From assembly GCA_951406725.2 (NCBI GenBank), contig OX597830.1, forward strand, positions 62,744,001 to 62,808,000: 64,000 nt of DNA, in the 5' to 3' direction. The position numbers and the translations under genes were made by a program. Shown here piece after piece: positions 37,553-52,504 of this stretch (its first letter is position 1; every line of letters starts with the position of its first letter). This DNA comes from Octopus vulgaris. Lineage: Eukaryota. Below the pieces are notes generated by a model. The model worked only from the letters and a program-made list of their open reading frames with translations. It was not told the DNA's origin and did no database searches.

Positions 37553-40090
37553 AATGTGTTTACCCAGAGAGTTGGAGATGAGGGTTCAATTCCTGCTATA
37601 GTTTCTATCATATATTTTTGAAACTGTTTATGACTGTAACTTAGAATTAAAAGTAGCAACAAAAGAAATCATTTTTTTTTTTATTTGATGGGAGAAAAGT
37701 TAAAATTTGATTGGTTCAAGCATTTATAAAACTGATTTAATTTCTAATGTTTTAATAACTGAAGATCAGAGAGCAATAATGATAAAAATGATAAATGAAG
37801 TTTTTACTGTTTTGGTGGGAGGAAAAAGTTCAAAATTTTGCTAGACCAAAATTCGGTTTTAATTGTTATTTTTCGGTAACATTATATGATGGGAAAAACA
37901 TTGGAAATGATAATTCTTTTCAATGTTTATTTTTTAAAATTTTATTTTGGGAGGGTGAGGAATGCTTATTTAGTAAGAATAAGATGAATGGTACAAAAAA
38001 ATAACTAAATAATGAATATTTGCCATTTGTAAGTGGAAGGGAAAGCAATTGTTTAAATTCAACTGGGTCAGGAACATTAATTTAAATTGGAAATTAGGAG
38101 AAATGATGGAATAAATAAATTTTTATTACTGGGTGGTGGGTGGCAAGAAAGAGGTCCAAATTAACCTCATCCCTTCTTACTATATTTCTGTGGGAATACT
38201 CTGTCTTTGTTTCAATTAATTTTGAAAATATTGAAGAATTTAGTAAAATAATTTATCAAGGAGTGGCTATGTGGTAAGTAGCTTGCTTACGAACCACATG
38301 GTTCCGGGTTCAGTCCCACTGCATGGCACCTTGCTTTGTAATTGGATTTGGTAGACAGAAACTGAAAGAAGCCTGTCGCATATATGTATATATATGTATG
38401 TGTGTGTGTATGTGTTTGTCCCCCCAACATCGCTTGACAACCGATGCTGGTGTGTTTACGTCCCCGTAACTTAGCGGTTCAGCAAAAGAGGCTGAGAGAA
38501 TAAGTACTAGGCCTACAAAGAATAAGTCCTGGTGTCAATTTGCTCGACTAAAGGCGGTGCTCCAGCATGGCCACAGTCACATGACTGAAACAAGTAAAAG
38601 AGTAAAGAGTATTATTAAACTGGTGTTTGGAATTTTGATGGAAGGTTTTAATTTAGATCACTTTAACCCTTTTGTTACCATATTCTGGTTGTAATACACC
38701 GTCTTTGTTTCAAATATTTTTGAAAATAACAAAGAACTGCCATTTATCCTTTCAGGGATCGATAGATTAAGTACCTGTTGCGTACTAGGGTCGATGTAAT
38801 CAACTAGCACACCCTCCCTCAATATTCCTGGCCTTGTGCCAAAATTTGAAACCATTATTATTATTATTATTATGAAGGTGGTGAGCTGGCTGGATCATTA
38901 GCACACCAGGCAAAATGCTAAGTGGTATTTCGTCTGCTGCTACATTCTGAGTTCAAATTCCACCAAGGTCAACTTTGCCTTTCGTCTTTTCGGGGTCTTT
39001 GAAATAAGTACCAGTTACATACAGGAGTCAATATAATCGACTAGCCCCCAGCCCAAATTTTCAGGCCTTGTACCTTTAGTAGAAAGTATTATTATTATTA
39101 TCGTTATTATTATTATTATTATTAGGGTGTTGAGCCGGCAGAATAATTAGCACACCAGGCAAAATGCTTAGTGGTATTTCGTCTGCTGCTACGTTCTGAG
39201 TTCAAATTCCACCAAGGTCGACTTTGCCTTTCATCCTTTCGAGGTCGATGTAATTGACCAGCCCCCTTGCCCCAAAAAATTTTCATGGCCTAGAGCAGAA
39301 ATAATTATTATTATTATATGTGACAAGCTGGCACGACCGTTAGCACACTGGACATAATGCTTAGCAGCGTTTTGTGTGTCTTTACATTCTGAGTTCAAAT
39401 TCCACTGAGATTGACTTTGCCTTTCATCCTTTCGGAGTCGATGAAATGAATACCAGTTATGCACTGGGGTTGATGCAATCGACTTACCTCCTCCACTCAA
39501 ATTTCAGGTTTTATGCCTATTAATAGAAAGGATTGTAATAAATTCCTTTGGAACAAAGATCTGAGTGGAATATCAGTGGCCAGGCTGTAGCAGTATGTTG
39601 AAACATGTTTGTGCCATTAACGATGAAAGAAGCAATAAACACACACACACATACACATATGCACAAACACATATGCATGCATGCATACATTCATGCACAT
39701 GCTCACACACGCATACATGCATGCAGATTCACTCACGCAAGTATGTACATACTCAAGCACACACATGCACAAGCAGGTACATACACATACAAACACATGC
39801 AGATACACACACTATGCACATACATACAAACAAGTTCATACACACATACATACACATGTTCTTACACACAAATACACGCATACACACACACACATGCTCA
39901 TACACTCATATACGCACATGCTCTCTCTCACACACACGCACATATACGACGGGCTTCTTTCGGTTTCCATCAACCAAATCCACTCACACATACACACATA
40001 CTCAAACACTCATATTCACCCATGCTCTTCTGCATTAACACAGACACATATACACAATCACGCTCATACATACACTCATATACGCACATG

Positions 40091-40131
<41 letters not shown>

Positions 40132-41036
40132 ACACACACACAGAGGATTGCTTCCATACAGAACGGTGACGGTGACTGGCAGTATTACTGGAGCAATGGT
40201 AATAACACTTCTTACTGTATTTAGTTCTGTCTTTTCTTTTACATTCTGAGTTCAAATCCCATTGGGCCCAGTTTTGACTTTCATTCTTCCAAGGTCAATA
40301 ATTCAAAACACACAATGTATCTGCCAAATTCTGTGATTAATAGAAATGTCTGTATGTCTGCCCCACCACACACACACACACACACACTCACTTACACTAA
40401 CATTTATGACCCTGTGCCTATGTTATAAACTATTATTATTATTATTATTATAACTTATGTATAAACATAAATATGTTTAATTACTTGTAAAAAAAGGAAA
40501 TAATTAAAAATATGGCCAAATAAACTTCTAGTCCAATTTTGAGATTGAAATTGATGTTGTTGTCTTTTGTAAATATTTCTCTTGAAATTTCATCATCATC
40601 ATTGTCATCATCATCATCATCATAAACATTATCATCATCATAAACATCATTGTTGGTGTTGCCATCATCATTATCATCATCATTGTCGTCATCAAAAACA
40701 CCATCGTAGTCATCATTATTTTAACATCTACTTTTCCATCCGTACACGGGCCGGGCAGCATTCAATGAGGTAGATTTTCTACACTTGGATGCCCTTCATG
40801 TTGCCAACCTTTGCCTGTTTCTAGGTTGTGTGTGTGTGTGCAAGAGAGAGAGCATGTGTGTGTTGATGTGAGTGTGCATGCATATGTTTGGCCACACATG
40901 TTTTCTCGTAGTATTGGAAATGAACAACACTGCTTGTGTGACAGTGAGACTCATTTACGACTATCATACACTATCAAGACAAGAGGACATAAACATACAC
41001 ACAGTCACATTCAGACACATACATACACTCATTACA

Positions 41037-41076
<40 letters not shown>

Positions 41077-44000
41077 GCACACAATGGGTAGCTTTCGGTT
41101 TCCATCAACCAAATCTACTCATTAGCCTTCAGTTGGTTTAGAAAATGACTCTTGTTCAAGATGCTTCAGGGTGGGATTGAACCCATAACCATGTGTTAGG
41201 AAACAAAATTTCTAACCACACAGCTGTGCCTGTCCCTATTTGAAAATTAATTGGCTCTTTCCATTTAAGAATGTGATAAACTGAAGAATGATGTGGAGTT
41301 TCTATGCAAGACTGAGTCTGCAGGAGTTGGTACCAGTCATATACTAGGGTTAACTAATTGAAGTGAGTTTTATTCCAAAATGTGTCGCTTTGTGTCATTT
41401 GCTGTATTTGTCACAGTTTTTTTTATGCTGTGAGTTCAATTCCCACTGAGGTCAACTTTGCCTTTCATCCTTTCAGGGTTGATGAAAGAACAAAAAAAAC
41501 TGGCATTCTGTCGGTTATGATGACAAGGGATCCAGCTGATCCGGTCAACGGAACAGCTTGCTTGTGAAATTAATGTGCAGGTGGCTGAGTGTTCCAGACA
41601 TGCCTACCCTTAATGTAGTTTTCAGGGAGATCAAGTGTAACACAGAACGTGACAAGGCTGGCCCTTTGAAACACAGGTACAACTCATTTTTGTCAGCTGA
41701 GTGGACTGAGACAATGTGTAATAAAGTGCCTTGCTCAAGGACACAATACGGTGCTGGGAATTGAACTCACATCCTTACGATTGTGAACCAAATACCCAAA
41801 CCACTAGGCCTTGCACTTTCAATGGGTTGATAGAACAAAGTACTCATCAAGTACACAATATGATGTACTCAGCTGACAGCCGACTCCTCAGAATTGCTTG
41901 CATTGGGTTTAAAGCAGAATCAAACAAACTGTGATGGATTGGTAAAACTGTCAGAGCATTGAACAACCTACCTTGTGGTATTCAGTTGTGCTACGCTGAG
42001 TTCAATTCCTACCAGGTACAGTTTTGCATTGCGTCCTTTCTGAGCCAATAAAATGAAGTACTGGGGGTGATTTAATAACTGACTTCCCAGCCAACCAAAT
42101 TGCTGGCCTTGCACCTAAATTAGAAACAATAGAATTGTTAGTGCATCAGACAAAACATTTTGTAGTATTTTTTCTGGTTCATTACATTCTGAGTTCAAAT
42201 CCTGTCAAAATCAACTTTATCTTTTTTGTTTTGGGGCTGATGAAATAAAATACCAATGAATCACTGGAGTCAATATTATTGACTGATATCCCTCCCCTCA
42301 AAATTACTGCCCTTAAAAAGAAACCATTACAATTGTTTTCTCATCTACCTAAGATAGCGAGCTGCTAGAGCTATTAGGAGTGGCTGTGTGGTAAGTAGCT
42401 TGCTTACCAACCACATGGTTCTGGGTTCAGTCCCACTGCATGGAACCCTTGGGCAAGTGTCTTCTACTATCGCCTCAGGCCGACCAAAGCCTTGTGAGTG
42501 GATTTGGTAAATGGAAGCTAAAAGAAGCCCGTCATATATATGTATGTGTATATGTGTCTATGTTTGTCCCCACCAACATCGCTTGACAACCGATGCCGGT
42601 GTGTTTACATCCCCATAACGTAGCAGTTCGGCAAAAGAAACCAATAGAATAAGTACTAGGCTTACAAAGAATAACTCCTGGGATCAATTTGCTCGGCTAA
42701 AGGCAGTGCTCCAGCATGGCTGCAGTCAAATGACTGAAACAAGTAAAAGAGTAAAAAAGTATGCCAGACAAAGTGCTTCGCAGCATTTCATCTTTATGTT
42801 CTGAGTTCAAATTCCACTGAGGTTGACTTTGCCTTTCATACTTCCAGGGTCAATAAAATAAATACCAGTTGAAGACTGGGGATCAATGTAATCGACTAGC
42901 CCTCTCCCCACAAATTTCAGGCCTTGTGCAAAAGTTTGAAGAAGTCGTCGTCGTCGTCGTCGAGTGGTAAACAAGCAGAATAGTTAGCATCCTGAATAAA
43001 ATACTTATTGACATTTCATCCATCTTTTTGTTCCGAGTTCAAATTCCGCTGAGTTTGACTTTATTTTTCATCCTCTTGGGGTTTGATAAAACAAGTACCA
43101 GACAAGTACTGGGGTTGATCAACTAGTCCCCTCTCCACAAAATTTCAGCCCTTATGCCTGTATTTTCACCTATCAATAGTCATATTATACTATTTCTCTC
43201 CACTTTTCCTCTTTTTTATTTTTGTATGGTCCAACCCATGCTAGCATGAAAAACGGACGCTAAACGATGATGATGATGTATCGAAATCGATCAACATCAA
43301 TGGAAATTGTAGCTGTGATACCAATGCCGGTGGCATGTAAGCGAACCATCTGAACGTGGCCGTTGCCAGCGCCGCCCCGACGGGTGGCACATAAAAAGCA
43401 CCAGCCGATCGTGGCCGTTGCCAGCCTCGCCTGGCCCCCGTGCCCATGGCATGTAAAAAGCACTATCCAACCGCGACCATTTGCCAGCCCCGTCTGGCAC
43501 CTGTGCCAGTGGCACATAAAAAGCACCCACTACACTCACAGAGTGGTTGGCGTTAGGAAGGGCATCCAGCTGTAGAAACACTGCCAGATCAGACTGGGCC
43601 TGGTGCAGCCTCCTGGCTTCCCAGACCCCAGTTGAACCGTCCAACCCATGCTAGCATGGAAAACGAACGTTAAATGATGATGATGATGATGATGATGATG
43701 TATGGCCACCAGTTGCCTCCTCCTCTCTGATTCACTCCTATTTTCCATTATCTTCTTCCACAAACTAATATTCTTTTCTACTCTAGGCACAAGGCCCAAA
43801 ATTTTTGGGAAGGGGTTACAATTGATTAGATCGACTTAATGGTACTTAATAATTGACCCCGAAAAGATGAAAGGCAAAGTCGACCTCAGCAGAATTTGAA
43901 CTCAGAACATAAAGACAGACAAAATACCTATTTCTTTACTACCTACAAGGGGCTAAACACTGAGAGGACAAACAAGGACAGACAAACGGATTAAGTCGAT

Positions 44001-45069
44001 TATATCGACCCCAGTGCATAACTGGTACTTATTTAATCGGCCCCGAAAGGATGAAAGGCAAAGTTGACCTCAGTGGAATTTGAACTCAGAACATAGCAGC
44101 AGACAAAATACCGCTGAGCATTTCGTCCAGTGTGCTAACGGTTCTGCCAGCTCACTTCCTTTCATCATGTCCATGTCTCTATGTTTGCCATTTACTGTAT
44201 TCACATCTATCCTCATCTCTGTCTGTCATTCTCCTCTCCCCTCACACTCTCAAAGACCTACCCATTTAGCCATCTTTGATTATCTGCCCCTACTCTCTCC
44301 CTTTATCTGCCTCCTTGTATCTTTGGGTTAAATCCTGACATCTCATCTCCACTTTTTCTAGTTAGAGTAGCTATGTACCACATCTACAGCAAAACACTTA
44401 TCCGTATCCCTTTATCATGCTTTCAGCTCCTCAAAACCCAGCACAAACCCAACTCCCTTGCTTCAGTAAATCCCACTGTTTTGAAGGGATCTTTATTCCC
44501 AATTTATCTGGTGATCTCACTAGTGTTGGTGCCCTAAAAAAGGAAAAAAGCACCCAGTGTGCGCTGTACAGTGGTTGATGCCAGAAAGATGTAGAAAGCA
44601 TACCAAAGTAGACATTGGGGCTCACTGTAGTCCCCATGTCAGCACTGAACACAGACATTAAATAATGATGATGATGATGATGATGATGATGACAACGATG
44701 ATAACGACAGTGATGATGGTGATGATAAAGATGATGGCAATGATGATGACAACGATGATAATGACAGTGATGATGGTGATAATGATGACGATGATGACGA
44801 CGATGACGATGTTGTTTACTACTTCTGCCATTGCTGCTGCAGTCTAACAACCGCTGTCAGCATGAATTAAATAAATCCTGTCATTATTCCATGATTTAAA
44901 CTAAAAATATTAATTCAATGTTTTCCTTTTCTTTTCTTATATTTTTCACCAGGGAAAGGGAATTAGGGTTTTGGAAGCTTGTAATTTTGTGTAGGGGTGG
45001 TGGTTATGATTTTGGCAAAGAATTCTTTCTGTTCTTAGTTATTCGAGGTCTGATGGCAAGTGGACAAGA

Positions 45070-46117
45070 TTAACCCTTTAACATTCAAACTATTCTCTCA
45101 AATGTAAAACTTATTTATTCACATAGGCACAGGAGTGGCTGTGTGGTAAGTAGCTTGCTAACCAACCACATGGTTCGGGGTTCAGTCCCACTGTGTGGCA
45201 CCTTAGGCAAGTGTCTTCTACTATAACCTCGGGCCAAACAAAGCCTTGTGAGTGGATTTGGTAGACGGAAACTGAAAGAAGCCCATCATATATACATATA
45301 TATGCGAGTATGTATATGTTTGTGTGTCTGTGTTTGTCCCCCCAACATCGCTTGACAACCGATGCTGGTGTGTTTAGGTCCCCATAACTTAGCGGTTCGG
45401 CTAGAGAGACCGATAAAATAAGTACTAGGCTTACAAAGAATAAATCCTGGGGTCAATTTGCTCGACTAAAGTTGGTGCTCCAGCATGGCTGCAGTCTGAA
45501 ACAAATAAAAGAATAAAAGAATTATTTTGAATCAACCATGTATTATCTCAAAGCCTTGCGACAGATAATGTGACTTCAATTTTTGAAGGACAGAGTGGGG
45601 TAGGTCTGAACGGTCAGATCTGTTCAGTTTGGATATAAAAGGGGTAGAATATTTGGGCCAGATATGGCCCAGTTTAACTCTTTTGTTACTGTATTTATTT
45701 TGAGATTCTGTGTTTCTTTCAATTACTTTAAATATAACAAAGAATTTAGTAAAATATCATTCAGCTAGTGTTAGGAACATAAATTGTGACTAAGGTTTGG
45801 TGGAAGGTTTTAATTCAGAACTTCTGTAAACAAGACATTTGTACTCAAGAGCCAGAAACATTTTCAGCTGAATTGGTATCAAAAGGGTTAAATTAATCAT
45901 TTGTTAACCCTTTTGTTACCATATTTCTGTTGAGATGCTCTGTGTTTCTTTTAATTAATTTTAAATATAACAAAGAATTTAGTAAAATAACTTGGTTTAT
46001 CATTAAGCTAGTGTTAGGAACATAAATTGTGACTAAGGTTTAGTGGGAAATTTTAATTCAAAACTTATGAAAACAAGACCAGGTTGGTAATGAAAGGGTT
46101 AAATGCTATAAGGTTAA
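45070..46117. mobile_element. Nested cluster: piggyBac MITE containing a SINE (~45125-45520) and two tandem piggyBac MITEs
   Basis: Outer TTAACCCTTTA..TAAGGTTAA; its 3' part is split at an internal TTAA (45674 / 46099) by two TTAA-bounded MITEs. Confidence 0.75.
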
Positions 46118-46853
46118 ATTATGCAATAATTTGGATTGGAGCAGATGGTTTTCTTTTATGTTGTTTCTTTTTTGTTTGTTTTATAGTTATTTTAATATCC
46201 AATTCCTTTCCTAAGTATTCTAGAAAATAGACTAAGCACAGTTAAAATTTACTGCCATCTACAATTTCTTTGGTCCCTCGTGATCTCTGGAGAATTTGTC
46301 CTCAATTTTCTCTTTTCCTGATAAATAAACAGCAAATGTCATGGAAAAGAAATCTGAAATTTTACAATTAGATTCAATTACAACTATTTACAGTGTCCCT
46401 TCGGCTACTATCCCACCCCCTACCAGCACTTTCACCTCCACCACCACAGACATCAACACCCACCACCACCACCACTACCAGCTTCACTACATCCATCACT
46501 ACCACCACCACCACCACCACGATCATCATCAGCATCATCACCATCACCAACATTTCCCCATCACCACCACTACCGCCACCACTACCACCATCACCACCAT
46601 CACTACCACTCCACTTCTGCCCCCCCACCCCTCTACATTGACATTACTCTCTTCCATCCATGAACCCTTGTTTCTCATAAACATCCTCTGTAAAAACCAA
46701 AAACAATCAGCTTCCTCTATCACTCCATTCTGTTGTCACCTATTTCTATGTAACAACTCAAAAATGTGTCATGTTCTCAAATAGCCTACACACCCTGTGT
46801 ATATATGTGTATATATACATATATATATAACAAAGTGGAGTTGTATATATATA

Positions 46854-46930
<77 letters not shown>

Positions 46931-47093
46931 ATATATCAGAGACTCGGAGACCCTCTTTTGGTCAGGAATGACCATGAGATTGCACCTAGAAAGTTACCCT
47001 CCCAGGCACAAGTCCGGGCAAGGTTGTTTATGGAAGACCAGGGTAACTTTCTAGGTGCAATCTCATGGTTAGTCATGACCAAAGGGGGACTCA

Positions 47094-47134
<41 letters not shown>

Positions 47135-47321
47135 TGAGTGTTATATATACATATATATGTATACATGTGTTATATATAAATATATATATATATACTTGTG
47201 TATGTGTATGTATATATGTGTGTGTGTGTGTATATGTATGTGTATATGTATACATGTATATATATATATATACTTGTGTATGTGTATGTATATATATATA
47301 TATGTGTGTGCGTGTATATGT

Positions 47322-47364
<43 letters not shown>

Positions 47365-47479
47365 TGCATATATATATATATGTATGTGTGTGTGTATGTA
47401 TATATATATACATACATGCACAGACGATAACAAACACAAATACATATTGGGACATATATACAAAACTCAAGTTTTTCAT

Positions 47480-48390
47480 AGTGGTGGCAGCGGTGGTGGT
47501 GGTGGTGGTTGTGGTGGTCGTGGGTTGGTGATGGTAGTGAAGATAGCAATGATTATTATCTCAGAGTTGGTAACTACAGCAGCAGCAGCGGTGGTGATGG
47601 TGGCAGTATTGTTGTTGTTATTGTTGTTGGTAGTGGTAGTGGTTACCATGGAGCTGTTGGCAGTGGTGGCAGCAGTGATGGTGGTGGTGGTGGTGGTAGT
47701 GGTAACAATGGTGAACACAGAAGCAGTAGCCACAGCAGCAATGGTATTGGTGGTAGAAGTGGTGGGGGTTGTGGTGGTGGTGGAGAGAGTGTGAGATATA
47801 ATTGGACTGAGTGTGTGATATGCATTGAATACAGCGCGATGCAAAAGAAACGCAACACCCCTTTACTGGGGCTGGGAGTCGTGGTGGGGAACTACTAGGG
47901 TGGGATTGCTGGTGAAGGGGTGTTGGAGTGATGGGGGTGGGGAGCGGCAGTCAGAGTGATGCCAACGAAAAAGTGCAGAGAAACTCGGTGAGAAACCACC
48001 GCCGCCACTACCACCATCACCACCACCACTACCACCATCACCACCACCAACTTCACTACCACCACCACTACCACCATCACCACCACCACCATCACCACCA
48101 CCATCACCACCAACAACTTCACTACCACCACCACTACCACCATCACCACCACCAACTTCACTAACACCATCACCACCACCACCACCACCACCACCACCAC
48201 ACCACCACCATCCCCACCACCACCACCACCATCACCACCACCATCACCACCATCACCACCACCATCACTACCACCACCATCCCCACCAACAACTTCACTA
48301 CCACCACCACCACTACCACCATCATTGTTGCCATCAATGCCAGCATCCACATCTCTGTCTCCATCACCATCACCACCACCACCACCACCT
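47480..48390. repeat. (GGT)n-rich tract (47480-47785) followed by (CAC)n-rich tract (47995-48390); another (CAC)n tract at 46420-46620
   Basis: Direct inspection. Confidence 0.9.
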
Positions 48391-49025
48391 GTAGCATCAA
48401 TAGGATTTGTCTGCTTGTGTGTGCATGTCAATGCATATGTGCATGTGTGTATACGTGTCTGTGTATATGTGTGTGTGTGTGTGTGCGTGCACACATGTGT
48501 GTGTGTTGGTTTTTTATTTCTCATGTGGGAAGGTACACATTTAGAAAGAAGTGAGGAATTTTGAAGTGAAGAACCTGTATTTGCATGATTCTTTAATGTT
48601 TATGCGTTGCAGCAGTTCTACTTCCCCCTCCTACACCCCATCATCATCATCATCATCATCATCAGGATTATTATTGACATCATATTATCATAATTGTTAT
48701 TACTAATGTAATAGTTATTGTTATTGTTATTATCAGGTAGTAAAACAAATAAAAAACAAAACAAACCATTCTGCTGGTGGTATGTTTGTGACATGCCTCA
48801 ATTCAGAGGTCACCTTCACAATATGAAATTATCTGAATTGACTTGACTTCTGTGAGGGGGGGGGGATATGTCTATTTTGTCTGTGGTGTGCCAATCTATC
48901 TGTCTCTCCATGTATATATATTTGTGTGTGCATGTGATATCTCTCCTGCTCTCTGTATATATATATGTGTGTGTGTGTGTGCGTGTGTGTGTGTGTGTGT
49001 ATACATATATATGTATATACATATG

Positions 49026-49097
<72 letters not shown>

Positions 49098-49550
49098 CAT
49101 ATATATATATATATGTATATACATATGTATATACATATATATACTCTTTTACTTGTTTCAGTCATTTGACTGCAGCCATGCTGGAGCACCGCCTTTAGTC
49201 GAGCAAATCGACCCCGGGACTTATTCTTTGTAAGCCCAGCACTTATTCTATCAGTCTCTTTTGCCGAACCACTAAGTTACGGGGACGTAAACACACCAGC
49301 ATCGGTTGTCAAGCTATGCTAGGGGGACAAACACAGACACACAAACACACACACATACATATATATATATACATATATACGACAGGCTTCTTTCAGTTTC
49401 CGTCTACCAAATCCACTCACAAGGCATTGGTCGGCCCGGGGCTATAGCAGAAGACACTTGCCCAAGATGCCACGCAGTGGGACTGAACCCGGAACCATGT
49501 GGTTGGTTAGCAAGCTACTTACCACACAGCCACTTCTGCGCCTATATATG

Positions 49551-49631
<81 letters not shown>

Positions 49632-49744
49632 ATGGAGTTGAACGACGAATTAACAAAATTCCTTTATTTTCGACATATGTTTTAAGGCTGCATATTCCTA
49701 ATTGTAAAGGAATAAGGAGTACATTATGCTGCTTTCACCAATAA

Positions 49745-50608
49745 TTTTACCCCACAATTTTTCGAAAATTTTCACGAAAATTTTACCTAAAAATTTTCCA
49801 AAACTTTTCACCGAAAATTTTACCCAAAAATTTTTCGAAAATTTTCCCAAGAATTTTTTCGAAAATTTTACACAAAAATTTTCGAAAATTTTACCCAAAG
49901 ATTTTTCGAAAATTTTCACCGAAAATTTTACCTAAAAATTTTTCCAAAATTTTCACCGAAAATTTTCCCCAAAAATTTTTCCAAAATTTTCACCTAAAAT
50001 TTTCCCCAAGAATTTTTCCAAAATTTTACCCAAAAATTTTTCGAAAATTTTACCTAAAAATTTTCCGAAAATTTTACACAAAAGTTTTTCGAAAATTTTA
50101 CCCAAAAATTTTCCGAAAATTTTCACCGAAATTTTACCCAAAAATTTTTCCAAAATTTTCCCCAAGAATTTTTCGAAAATTTTACCCAAAAATTTTTCCT
50201 AAATTTTCACCGAAAATTTTCCCCAAAAATTTTTCCAAAATTTTCACCGAAAATTTTCCCCAAAGATTTTTCGAAAATTTTACCCAAAAATTTTCCGAAA
50301 ATTTTCAACAAAAATTTTCGAAAATTTTTCGAAAATTTTCACGGAAAATTTTACAACAAAATTTTCCGAAAATTTTCACCGAAAATTTTACCCAAAATTT
50401 TTCCAAAATTTTCACCAAAAATTTTTCGAAAATTTTACCAAAAATTTTCCAAAATTTTCACCGAAAATTTTACACAAAAATTTTTCGAAAATTTACAAGA
50501 ATTTCACCGAAAATTTTACCCAAAAATTTTTCAAAAATTTTCACCGAAAATCTTACCCAAAAATTTTTCAAAAATTTTCACCAAAAATTTTTTTGAAAAT
50601 TTTTTCTG
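49745..50608. repeat. Satellite of ~11-14 bp units built on AAAATTTT
   Basis: Continuous units such as GAAAATTTTCACC, GAAAATTTTACCC and AAAAATTTTTC over ~860 bp. Confidence 0.95.
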
Positions 50609-50864
50609 CAATTCGAAATATATATAATTCATTATGATGATATATACTCTTTTTTACTCTTTTACTCTTTTACTTGTTTCAGTCATTTGACACCGCCTTT
50701 AGTCGAGCAACTCGACCCCGGGACTTATTCTTTTTGTAAGCCCAGTACTTATTCTATCGGTCTCTTTTTGCCGAACCGCTAAGTTACGGGGACATAAACA
50801 CACCAGCATTGGTTGTCAAGCAATGCTAGGGGGACAAACACAGACGCATAAACACACACACGCG

Positions 50865-50896
<32 letters not shown>

Positions 50897-51328
50897 TATG
50901 ACGGGCTTCTTTCAGTTTCCGTCTACCAAATCCACTCACAAGGCTTTGGTCGGCCCGAGGCTATAGCAGAAGACACTTGCCTAAGGTGCCACACAGTGGG
51001 ACTGAACCCAGAACCATGTGGTTGGTTAGCAAGCTACTTACCACACAGCCACTCCTGCGCCTATATATATATATAATTCATTCAGAAAATATAACAGAAA
51101 AGTCTAATTCTTCAATTGAATGTAACCGGGCAATGCCAGGTATCTCTGCTAGTATATATATATATGTATTCTTTCCTCTACCTAATAACGTTACTCAGTG
51201 ACGATAACGAATGTCTTTATTTCTTAGGAACCTACACCAACCCTTCCTTACTCAGTGACGATAAATGCTGTGACTACAAAGACCCGGGCTGCTTTCTGCA
51301 GCAAATTCCACATACCCCCTACTCATTC

Positions 51329-51378
51329 TAAGTACCCCGGATCCCCAAAGTACCCTGGATCCCCAAAGTACCCCGGAC
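51329..51378 (+). repeat. 18-bp tandem repeat, ~2.8 copies
   Basis: AAGTACCC(C/T)GGATCCCCA units. Confidence 0.9.
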
Positions 51379-51935
51379 CTCGTTGCCCCCGTGCCGCTGA
51401 CACGTTAAAATGCTCGAACCGATCGTGACGATGCCGGACCCTCCGGCCCCTGTGCAGGTGGCACGTAAAAAGCACCCAATCCACTCACGGAGTGGTTGGC
51501 GTTAGGAAGGGCATCCAGCCGTAGAAACTCTGCCAGATTCAGACTGGAGCCTGGTGCGGCCCCTGGCTTCCCAGACCCGGTCAAACCGTCCAACCCGTGC
51601 TAGCGCGGAAAGCGGACGTTAAACGATGATGATGATGATGATGATGATATATATATATATCATCATCATCATCATCGTTTAACGTCCGTTCTCCATGCTA
51701 GCATGGGTTGGACAGTTCGACCGGGTCTGGGACGCCAGAAGGCTGCACCAGGCTCCGGTCTTATCTGGCAAAGTTTCTACAGCTGGATGCCCTTCCTAAC
51801 GCCAACCACTCCGTGAGTGTAGTGGGTGCTTTTTATGTGCCACCTGCACTGGTGCCAGGCGAAGCTGGCATCGGCCACGGTCGGATTGGTGCATTTTACG
51901 TGCCACCTGCACGGAAGCCATATCATCATCATCAT

Positions 51936-51973
<38 letters not shown>

Positions 51974-52504
51974 GTGTGTGTGTGTGTGTGTGTAAAAGAT
52001 AGAAGATATATATATATATCTTTCATCTTTTACTTGTTTCAGTCACTTGACTGCGTCCATGCTGGAGCACTGCCTTAAAGGGTTTTAGTTGAACAAATCA
52101 ACCTTATTCTATTAGTTGCTTTTGCTGAACCGCTAAATAATGGTGATATAAACACACCAACACCGGTTGTCAAATGGTGGTGGATGGGGACAAACACTGA
52201 CACACACACACAAGCAGATATACGACGGGCTTCTTTCAGTTTCCGTCTACCAAATCCCCTCACAAGGCTTTGGTTGACCCAAGGCTATAGTAGAAGAAAC
52301 GTGCTCAAGGTGCCGTACAGAGGAACTTAACCTGGAACCATGTAGTTGGGAAGCAAGCTGCTTACCACACAGCCACACCTCTGCCTACAAGCCACTTTCT
52401 GATATCATGCATGTTGGCCAAAGTGTACTTTCAAAGTTATCCATCATATGACAAATAACACTCGTGTATATGTATATATACATCAAAATAAGCAACAAGA
52501 ATGA

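Noticed and set aside
46341-49233. His-, Val-, Gly- and Tyr/Ile-rich ORFs up to 209 aa (similar ones at 25891-26328 and 39565-40249)
   Set aside because: Microsatellite translations open in several frames on both strands
49698-50189. KIFEKFLG-repeat ORFs resembling amphipathic peptides
   Set aside because: By-product of the AAAATTTT satellite, open on both strands
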